Assembly: GCA_013239625.1 (NCBI GenBank) | Contig: MU053513.1 | Span: forward strand, 2,716,927-2,780,926 | Origin: Lama guanicoe | Lineage: Eukaryota | Direction: 5' to 3' | Length of the DNA stretch: 64,000 bases | In this document: piece by piece, positions 53,705 through 64,000 of the stretch | Layout: each line of letters starts with the position of its first letter | How positions within the stretch are numbered: position 1 is the first letter of the stretch | Notes under the pieces: model-generated | Database searches by the model: none | What the model was told of the DNA's origin: nothing | What the model saw: the letters and a program-made list of their open reading frames with translations, nothing else | Made by a program: the position numbers and the translations under genes

Positions 53705-54235
53705 TCTTGTAAGGATTCTCTAAGCTGCAAGAGACAAGCCCAATTCAAACTACTTTAGGAGAAACACAAAGAATAAGTGTATTGGCTCTTGTGGCTGGGA
53801 AGGATATTGAGATATCTGACCAAATCAAAGGATGGGGACCTGGGCCTCAGATGGATCAAGACAAAGCCACCAGACTCACTCCCTCCTCTAACTCTCAGCT
53901 CAGCTCAGCTCTGCTTGGCTTCATTCTCTCCTGTTGCAGCCATATTGCCTCAACTTGGCAATGAACTCCGTCACTTTTAAGTCTAATTTCACATTCTTTT
54001 AGCATCATGAACCTGGAGGCAAAATTGTTTATTCTTCACTTTCAAATCAATTCGTTCTCTAGTATGCCACGTGAGGCCTGAGATCGGCCCTGCTGGTTCC
54101 CATGTTTACCTTAGGATGAGAAGTCCAATTGACCAGGCACGGTGTCGTGCCTGCCCCTGTACGTAGGGTGAAGGGATGCTAGAGTGAATTACCAGAAGAA
54201 AGGGGATCAAAACCTTGCTGAGCAAATAAAGCAAA
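53705..54235 (-). mobile_element. MLT1-like LTR fragment
   Basis: aggattctctaagctgcaagagacaagcccaattcaaact...ttggcttcattctc...attgaccaggc...gtgcctgcccct. Confidence 0.5.
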
Positions 54236-54459
54236 AATAAAAGCTGCCACTGACCTAACCCGGCTCACCAGGTGGTTGTAAGCATTTAGGCACACGGCAA
54301 ATGCTGAACAACTGTCAGTTAATATTATATATAAATGGGCTTTGTAAACTGCCAACTGTCATTACATGAGTCCTAGCAAAAGAACTACCAATCCTATTTA
54401 TTATTTATCTATCTGAGGGTGGAACCTCCTTAGGCCAGTATTAATGACAATTATAATGA

Positions 54460-54690
54460 TAATAGTTAACATTTAAGGAGCAATTACTGCACGTCAGGAA
54501 ATGCTTTTCTGAGTACCTTATAAATATCAGCTATGAAATAGGTACTCTCATTGTCCCCAGTTTTTACAGAAATAAACAAAAACAAAGAGAAGTTAAAGCA
54601 ACTTGCCCAGAGTTACTTAATCAGCAGTGGAATGAGGGTTTGGCCCCAAGGAGTCTGGGCCAGAGTTCACACTCCCAACCACCAGGCCTC
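54460..54690 (-). mobile_element. MIR SINE
   Basis: ctatgaaataggtact...cccagtttttacaga...agaagttaaagcaacttgcccagag. Confidence 0.7.
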
Positions 54691-55959
54691 ACTGTTTCTT
54701 GTACTAGGAGTATGGGTATGGGCTGTAGGTTGAAAAGCAACTAATATTTTGCATGGTGTCTTTCCCTTGATGCACTGAAAACTCCATGAGATTGGTAATT
54801 GTGTCTTTCTTACTCACAGTTGCATAAATATGTCGCTCTTAAGGTCTACATGATGGGTGTGAGAAGAGTGGAGGTAATTAGGATTGGGCTAGACTTTTAT
54901 TTGAGTGCCTGAATATCATTCAAATAATAGTGCTTTTGAAAATGAATATGCACATCCATTTTTCTGAAATTCAGAAAAGATGCATAATATTCAGGTGCCT
55001 AATAACTTGGCTGCTAGTTAATCATGCTTGACACTTATATAGCACTTCACTTTTTAAAATCATTCTAGAATATGTTAGTTCATTAATCCCTGCGACATCC
55101 GTGTGAGACAGGGAAGGTTCCTGAACCTGCCTCTGATCTCCCCACCATCTGGGATCTGAATCCTTGGTGGACTAGGGAAGGAAGGAAAGAATCGGATGAA
55201 CCAGGCAAGGAAACAAACACACACCGCCAAGAACGTCAGACAGGTGGGCAGTGAGTGAGAAAGGGACATCCTCCGCTTTTGGAGAGTTTTGCCCTTGACA
55301 CATAAACTTTAAATATACAATATCCATATAATAATTATTATTCACTTCTGGTTGGTTACAGTGTAAGAAAACAGCAATCAGTCCGCTTCAAATGCCTGTA
55401 TACTAATCATTTCCATTGATTAAGTTTTGCTCTTAACTAAATTTTCCTAATTCTTATATGTATATTCCAAGTCCTGTTTCCCACCCCAAATCTACTTTTC
55501 TCGAAAAAGATCTACCTGATGTTCACATCTGGTATGGTTTTGGCGCTTCTTGGTATAGATTCCTTCGTGTTCTCTTGTCATCTGGCTAACAGCTGCTTCT
55601 AGAATAGCACATGATGCTGCGGTGATCCCACCATCACCTGAACAAAGACGTCCTTGGCCACTGCTTTTGCACTTTTATGCTGTGACTACCCCTGTTTCAC
55701 CTTAAACACGAACACTGATCGCCACTGACAACCCAAAAAAGTAGAGAAAGAAAGGTAATAGGGCTAAAATACCATCCTAGAATGCTTTGGAGCCACAAAT
55801 AACACTTTAAAAACTATTGAGAAGGCATTCCCAATAAAAGAATGCCATAAAAATCAGACAAAATGCAGGTCAGCATACAGTACTGGTCAGTAAACAATCA
55901 TCTTACTTCTAGCATCTGCTCATCCTGCTTTCTCAAGATACTGAGGGTTAAAGGGAAGG

Positions 55960-56165
55960 CAGTTCTAAGATCAGGGAGACCTGGGTTCAAACTGATTGAA
56001 CTAATTACTGTGTGATCTTAGGTGATTTACTCAACCTCTCTGAGTATGTTACCACAGGATAACACCAGAACCTACCTGGTAGAATTATTACAGATTAAAT
56101 AAGATAATTCAATCATAGACTTAGCACAGTGCCAGGGATATACTGAATGCTCAGAAAGAAATATT
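55960..56165 (+). mobile_element. MIR SINE
   Basis: agacctgggttcaaa...tgtgtgatcttaggtgatttactcaacctctctgag...cttagcacagtgcc. Confidence 0.7.
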
Positions 56166-59100
56166 ACTGTGTCCAGAATTCTTTGATATTTTTACATTCA
56201 ATTCTGAGGTATGATACTGAGGCTTCTTTAAAATGACAAACCCAGGGATTCTAGATAATGACTGACTGTGTAAGAGGAATACGCTGTGGTCTGTGTTAAC
56301 ACATAATGATCTTTATCCACCCAGGCTAGAAACAGAAATGTTCTGAATCACCCAAAAGATCAGATACTTGCCAGCAGTTAGCAGATTAATATGCAATGCT
56401 GACCCTGGGCAAAGTCAGGGAATAGATGATGTGTCTGTGATGAGCCTGTGTTTTCCTGCTTGTGCCCTCTTTCCTCTTCTTGAGATGTTATCCTCACATT
56501 ATTTTATCTGGGGCAGTTGAGGCCCTCTCAGATGCCTTGGAAGTCCCAACAGCTAAATGACCACTTTATCTGCTCATGGGTGCTACTCCAGCAGCTTAAC
56601 GCTCTCAAGGTTACGGATGGTAGCCTCTGTCCATTGCCTATAACCACGTTATTAAGCTGCATGAGTTTTCAGTTCCTTTCCCTTCCTTTGAACAGCTACA
56701 GACATAATCCATGATAAAAGTACTTGATGGTGCCTCTGATTACCCACCAGCATGGGACATGGCAAGGAATTTGAAGGTTGTGGGAGGTGTTATCAAGTTC
56801 ACGGGTTAATTTGCATTGGTACAGGGAAATCTGAGCAAACCTTTTTAGAATCAATCCACTGGGGGAATATATAGAAGGAAGCATTCAAACCACAGTGCTC
56901 AAGCAGAATGAACACTTATTTCACAGACACAATTACAACTGCCAGGGGAAAAAATTTTCCCAAAACTATTTAATCTCTGAAATGGGCAATAAGCTTGTCA
57001 GCCTCTTGGGTATTTCAACCTTGGTGCAATGGTTCATAGCAAATCTTTCTATGACCAAAACCCATCAGATTCATCAAGTGTCTCCATTCTCTCACAATAA
57101 AAGTCTCTTAAGGCTCTGAGGATGAGGGAAGCTCTGTGTGTGCAATATATGCTTCTCTCTGTCACCAGTGCAAAACCTGGGCATACGATAGAGAAAGGAG
57201 ACTTGAAAAATGAGGATGTTCGCCTTGCAAGTGTTTGAGATGCTATTTCTAAAGGCAATTTCTCTTACAAATCAAGAAGTCCAATTCAATTCAAGTCCAG
57301 TTCAAGCCTGTCTTCCAGAATGCCTAGTAAAAATCCTCAAAAACATGACCTGTATACTTGCTTTTGTCTTTCTATCCACCCTCCTTTGCACCCCATTAAT
57401 TCATTATGGCTATGAAAAGTATTATTAGTAAGACTAGAATTAGCAGTCAGAGAATTTGCTAGAACTAGACATCTTTGTCCCTATCATGTCTATTAATGAC
57501 TGCAACATTATAAACAATAAAGTTTAATTAGGAATTAAAGTGTCTACAGCAATTAAATATGAAGGGAGTATTAAAAAACACAGCAGGCACGATCATATTT
57601 TAAAAGCATTTAAATTGCAAATCATGTTATTGACAGGACTTTAAAAGGAAATTTTGTGTTTGGGAAAAAAAAGAAAGAAATTTAAAGTGAAGTGTTGACT
57701 CCATAGCATTTAGAGACAAATAAATATTTAGGATGGATCAATTTGCAACGATGAGCAGATGCTTCAGGAAATACATAGAGCTAATTGGAGCTGTCCTTAA
57801 TTTCTACCTCACTGAGTCAATGAGGAAAAAAAATCAACATAAAGGATTCCAGAGTAATGACATGACTCATTAGTGTTAAGGCCACTTCAAATTAAAGGAT
57901 TCATCTTTGGTTACTGAGAGAAGAAAATTATTAATGAGCTTCAAGCATGAATATTTGGAAGGGCTACAGTTCACTCTCTGGGCATAAAACTGTCTGAAGT
58001 TGTAACCACAGAGTTGTAGGTTTCTGAGACATGATTCTAAAAAAATTTGTCCCACTTTGGTTCCATAGTTCACTGCTTGATAAACAGTGCTGGAAATGGA
58101 AGTTGTGTGCCCACTAAGCCTCTGAGGAGAGCTGGAAATGTTGTAAACTACGGGGACAGTGTCAACGCTAGGAGAAAAGGCAAGTTCTATCTTCACGGAA
58201 AGACATGCAAAAGAAGAGGGGAGATGAGTGTTCATTCCTCCAAGTTTATGCTATTCCAAAGGACAGCAGGAGCAACTTCAGAACAAAATGGAAAGATGAA
58301 GAAAGGTCAGACATCTCTTTCTGAATGTTTTGAAGCACCACACAGCGTCGGCATTTGTCATTGTTTTTGACATTTGTTCTTGAGCTTGAATCTTGACCGT
58401 CTTCTGTTTTTAATTCCGTCACACATTCGGTGTACTCCAGAGACGTGTCCATTTGAAACCTCTGGAAGTAAAATTCTGGTGTTTGAAGGAACTGTGTTGA
58501 ATGAGTTGTCTTATAACTTGCAAACAAGGTATATAAATAATAGTCTCATGAGAAATGAAATATATAGGTGTAAAGTCAAAGCAGAAGTCCAGAATATGAA
58601 GATTACAAGGGACTGGGAAGTTTGTAGCTAGTGGTGCTGCCTCCCGTTCCAGTTATAAGAAAGATATTAGATTAATGTTCTCTCTACTGGGTTTGAACAC
58701 TGTCAAAACAACTGGGCATTTGCTCAGTGGCTCACAGGATGACCTATGCCCATAACTTATTTCTAACTTTAGGAAAAAAAAAACAGAAACAGACCTTTTT
58801 GGAATTCCTTTCTAATGGCCAGGAATTGTGGCGATTTTATTTTCTAGAATTATGTTTCCTTCCTCCTCTATTGTTGAATTGCAAAGGAACAGAAACATGG
58901 CATTCCCAGTTGAAGTCTTCAAGTTGACAGTCTGATACTCTGATCTATTTTTATTTACTTTAAATTTAAATTCAGAAGCAGTGTTCATAGGTGTCTTCAC
59001 AGCAAGCTGCAGGCCTGTGGGAAATACTCCCCGGCTCCTCTGTTTATCTAAAGTTTGGCCTCCTCATTATAATCAGTTAATATTTCAGAGAGTTAATTTT

Positions 59101-59814
59101 TTCTGTGGTTGGAATAGATGTCACTTTCTGGAAAGTCATTTACATTGCTATTCATTTTCTTTTCAGCGACTTGTTTATGATTAAAAAATGCACTGATGAT
59201 TTCATAATGAGAGCATATTATGTAGAAGTAGAAATATAATCTTTGAAAAGTTTGACTTTTTATGCTAGGTAACATTTCTTTTCAATTTTCTTTTTCATAT
59301 GATTTTTTTTTCTTTTCTGAAGGGAAATATAAATGTTAGGAGAGAAAAGAAATATATATCAGGATTTTTTCTATATTTTTTGAACTACTATAAAATCTAA
59401 AGGGACCAGATGACTAAAGTTCTTCATTTTCAAAGAATTCTCTTTGAGAAAACCCAGAAGCTAGAGACAAATTGTTTTATTATTGTTTAAGTTTTGTTTA
59501 AGGGCATAGAAAATACCAGGTTGTGTAAAGAAACAAGATATTTGGCTTATATTTTATATAATATTTTGGATTTTTAAAAGCAACAGTATTCAAAATGTGA
59601 AAGATATCAATGAGGTCACTGACCATGAACATCTGAGGTCATTTGCTCACTTACAAAATATTCATGTATTTAACAAGTAAATGATGAGCAGCACTAATTA
59701 CATGTGATTACATATGCTAAGTACTATGGCAAGTATGAACATGAATAATGGAGAGTTCTTGTCTTTGAGAAATTTTTAACATAGTAATAGGGACAGAAGG
59801 TTCAAAATATTATG

Positions 59815-62800
59815 GGGTTTCTAGTTCCCAATGGCTTACTGCAGGTACTGCCTTTCTTCTCAAATTACTTCTGATGTGACCTCTAGCAAACAATCATAAA
59901 AACATGGTAAGACTGGAAAACTGGGCATCCTAACAGCAGAGCAGTATACTGATAGAAATTTGGGAAGACACAAATAAGAACAGATCGACAGGCTTTTCTG
60001 TCCCGTGTAAAGTCATTTTTGGTGGACCAATTCACCCGCTGAAAAGAACTGCCTTTTAAAGAGGCAAAATAAACACAAAACCCCTCTGTTCAAAATATAC
60101 ACAGAAGAGACTCTTGGAAGGGTGTCACAACAATCTCCAGCTGCATTCTTCCCTGGAAAGGGTTGCTGGCTCCTGCACGCACAGGCTGAGGGCCTGGGCT
60201 GTCACTGTGCACGTGGCCACTGTTGAAGACAGAAAAACCAGCGCGTGTTTTGGCATTTAGACGAGATGGACTCATAAAATTGGGTACTTGAGGGGCCTCA
60301 AGACAGAAGTGACTCCTCCCTCAAAAATATTTGCCAAAATTTGAAAGTGTATAAGATAGAAGACTAAAGAGCTCAGCTATAAACTCGGAGAAGTAAAGTG
60401 GGAAAATCCGCAGTCTCCTGATGCTGAGAAGACAGACCCGCTTTTGACAGTGGGCCTAGTGAATACAGCAGGCTCTTAACTGCAAGCAGTGGAGGTGTCC
60501 GGACTGGAGGCAGGGAAATCCAGCAACAGACTGAGTTCTAGTTTACTAAAAACTTCAATGAGCCTTAAATTGGCTCACTCCTGAATGATTTAAGAGAGCC
60601 CCTCACTTCACCTAGCAGAAGAAAAAAGAATCCTTTTCTGGTGCAAGATCACAATATCTGAGACTCCTTCAACATTAAGTATAAATTTATTATTATTTAT
60701 TAAACTCATTCTAGACATGGCAAAAGACAGGACCATATGTCCAAAAACCAAGGGGGAAAAACAGGCAACAGAAATGGATTCATAGGTGATACAGATACTG
60801 CTGTTATAACATAAAGGCTATAAAATAATTGACTAATATAGACAAAAGCAAGAAAAATATGTAGAAAAAAAGATAAATGTTGGAGAATTTTGCCAGATAA
60901 TAAGAATTTGAATCAGTCATGTTACATTAGTTATATACATTATATATTATACATATACATATATATATATACAAACATACATATTATATATACATGTATG
61001 ATTCTCTAATTTATTCTAGGGATTTATCCTTACACAAATGTGACAGCTAGCTAAAAAAACACTGCACAGGAGATGTTTTTGTGTCTTATACTGGAACTTT
61101 GTGTCTAAAGGTTAGGTATTTGGGAAAGAAAAGACAGATATAAAGTTCAGGAAAATGAGGATAAACTGGAATCCAAAAGAATGAGTAGGATGGGGATGGA
61201 CTAAAACCCATGCCAGTCTCTCACTGCCTCTAACTTTACTGGCAAGTGTCATGCACATTAAGTTCTTGCCCCTCATCACAGTTGGACAAACATTTTGCTG
61301 AGGATTCGGATAAGCTGAAAGAGGAGCAGTAGTTGAACACCTGGCTGCTGCCCAACACCAATGAGGTGAACAAACAGATCAGTGACGATGTGTGTGAGAT
61401 GCAACGGCATTTGATGTCACTGCATGACCTTCTAAGCATAAGTCTATATGACTACTGCTTCAGTTCTCGCTTCCAAATCTCATACACAATGTCTTTTGTG
61501 CCCTACTTGAACTCAAAACATGTAAGCAAGAGAATTCTTGGAAATGCATACACTCTAGCTTAATTGACACAATAAAAATCCACCAAAGAATCTATACAAA
61601 GAATTAGATAGGGGTTGCAGAAGTAAAAAGTGTCTTATCTTACAATCAGAACTAAATTAATACATATAACTCCAAACTGGACAGAGTCGAGGAAAAACAA
61701 TAGTGAAACTGAAGACAGTCGATGGAAAAAATCTAACTGGAAGCACAGAGAGATCAAAGAATTGGCAGGGGGCAAGAACAGATGAGAAACAGCATAGCAT
61801 ATATGTAATTGGTATATCACAAAGAGAAAAGAGGGTTGAAAAGAAACAAAACTTGAACAGATAATGGCAAAAAAATTTCTAAACTGAAAAAAATTTCAAT
61901 TCACAATTTCAAAATTCTCCACAAACTACAAGCAGAATAAATACTGTTGAAAATCATTAAGATACATAATTTAAAAATGATTTTAAAAAGAGATAAATAA
62001 AATAAATCTTAAGTGCAGTCATGGGAAGGAAAAGACACAGTCTTCAAGGGACCACCAATAAGAAAACAGTTGGCTTCTTATGTAAGTTATGAAAGCCAGA
62101 ATACAATGGAATAATACCTTAGAAGTGCTAAAAAAAAACCCCTGTCAATGTAGCATTCCACTCCCAGTGAAAATGTACCTTAAAAACAAAGGAAATAAAA
62201 ACATTGCTAGAAAAAGAAAAATGAAGGCATTCATCGTCAGTAGGATTGCACTAAAGGAAACAGTAAAGAAAGTTTTCAGCTGAAGAAGTATGGTCAGAGA
62301 GGAAAATATGAAAATGGAGGAAGAAATTAGGAATGACACAAAGATAAGTATGTGGGTAAATATAACTGAATATAGATGGCACAAAAAATGGTTATGTCTG
62401 GGAAATTTAAAAAATACGTAGAATTAAAATGTGTGACAACAATAAAACAGAAAGGGTAAATTTTATTATTATGGAAGAGATAAAAACAATCATTTGTATT
62501 AGGCTGTAATAAGTCATGGGTGAATATTTTGATCTCTTTACTATTAAAATTGTTTTAAAATATAAAACTGATAAGATATTAGATAGAAAAAATTGTATGA
62601 CAAAAATCACTTGATTAATCCCAAAGAAGGCAATAAAAGCAAAAAGCATGAAAAAAAAAAAAACAAACCTCAGATGGGCTAAATAATAAACAAACAATAA
62701 GAAGGTGGTTGTAAACTCAAGTATATATTAACTATAAATGGACCAGGTAGTTCAAGCAAAAGATTAATATTTTCAGGCTAGTTTTAAAAAAAGACATGTG

Positions 62801-63010
62801 CTCACGACAGTAAGGAGGTACCATGTACCATGTACTGTGTAAATACTAACCAAAGAAAACTGGTATAGCTATACTAATATCGGCCAAAAAAGCTAGAAGG
62901 CAAAAAGGATTACTCAGGCTAAACTAGGTCCTGTTATAACAAGTGCCAGTCCATTAGAAAGATATAATAATTCTAAATCTAAATGCATCCAACATTCAGA
63001 AAAACCGTAA
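59815..63010 (+). mobile_element. Old L1 5' region, ORF1 remnant and ORF2 start
   Basis: ORF 62089-62283 MKARIQWNNTLEVLKKNPCQCSIPLPVKMYLKNKG resembles the L1 ORF1p C-terminal domain; ORF2 EN-like DNA (aatactaaccaaagaaaactggtatagctatactaatatc) near 62840. Boundaries approximate. Confidence 0.7.
61080..61587 (-). mobile_element. Ancient ERVL-type LTR remnant inside the L1
   Basis: Minus strand begins tggtggatttttattgtgtcaattaagctagag...atttccaagaattc, resembling ERVL LTR starts; subfamily not assignable by eye. Confidence 0.45.
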
Positions 63011-64000
63011 CAGTTCTCTGGAGTCTATAAGCCATACAGATAAAAGAGACAGCCTCCAAAACAGGAGAAAATTTCCAGAAGAACACCAACTAAACATAAG
63101 ATCAGAAGTGGTAATGAAGGCTAGAAGAAATAGACCGTGGATGATAGGTCAGGTCATTTTGATCTGTGTGTGTGTGCGTGCGTGCATGTATACTATGCCA
63201 CCCCTGCCCGCTCTTAGAGCAGCCAACTCCAATGTTTGATTCCAGGATTAAGCTCCAAGTGTGCCTATATAAAGTGGGAATTCTGAGAAATACCTCTGGT
63301 AATTTATTTTTTCTTGTGCCAAGATAAGAGGCTATGAATGATCTCTAAAGAGGACTTGACTAGTTACATGTCTCTCTTCCCTGGAACCAACGCTCCCATT
63401 ATCAGCACCCGCATTTGCTGCTAGCTCAATAGAGAGTCTCATCTGTGCTGAGTAAACAAGATGTCACTATCAATACTTGTCAATCAGGATCCTCAGACAG
63501 AAATATAGCAAACATGCATGAGGGGAACTACAGCATGAAAAGAGTCACTGACTCAACAAACAGAGGAAATAACCACCAAGGAAACAGAAGATAACAGAGA
63601 AAACAAGAAAAACAAGTATGTATATTATACATAGACACACACATTTTTTAAATCTCATAAATATTTTAAAAATATATTATCTATGATAAAAGTAGCTGGC
63701 TGCTATGAAAAATAAATGAGTAGAGCTCTTGGAAATTAAAAACAGGATTACCACAAACTTAATAAGTCAGCAGAATGGTTGAAAACTGAGTAATGAACTA
63801 GAAGATCAAAATGAGGGATTCTCTTACAAAACAGTACAGAGGACAGAGTTGAAGAGCACGAAAGAAAAAGTGACTCATGGAGAATGAAAGCCCATACTGA
63901 GTATTCATAAAGACCAAGGAAACAACTAGCCATAGCTGCATGCCTATAAAGCTGCACTTTACAGAAATCACTGCCTACATATGGCCATTTAAATTTACTT

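Noticed and set aside
1..64000. A novel multi-gene biological system
   Set aside because: No intact CDS, operon-like structure, RNA gene or unexplained array was found. Small exons of a host gene or lncRNA cannot be excluded by eye.

Overview
Mammalian non-coding DNA (intergenic or deep intronic), most likely camelid, judging from a tRNA-derived SINE at 31913-32043 that resembles the camelid Vic-1 family as I recall it. I cannot support any intact protein-coding exon. Nearly all ORF-track entries are chance frames (many use GTG/TTG starts) or decayed transposon remnants. The one clear gene-derived feature is a full-length processed pseudogene of ferritin light chain (FTL) on the minus strand (38898-39794). 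It has a 5'UTR with a damaged iron-responsive element, a CDS with one +1 frameshift and heavy CpG decay, a decayed poly(A) tail and a perfect 16-bp target-site duplication. The rest is a mosaic of L1, L2, L3/CR1, MIR, MLT LTRs, Tigger1 and MER5 remnants, microsatellites and short tandem duplications, plus several repeat-free, motif-dense blocks that may be conserved enhancers. I found no evidence for a previously undescribed biological system. The most unusual items are an L1 ORF2 internal fragment without a poly(A) tail inside an MLT2 LTR, an L1 apparently lacking most of ORF1, a perfect 58-bp tandem duplication and candidate enhancer motif clusters. Repeat family names come from recalled consensus sequences, not a database search, and boundaries of old repeats are approximate.
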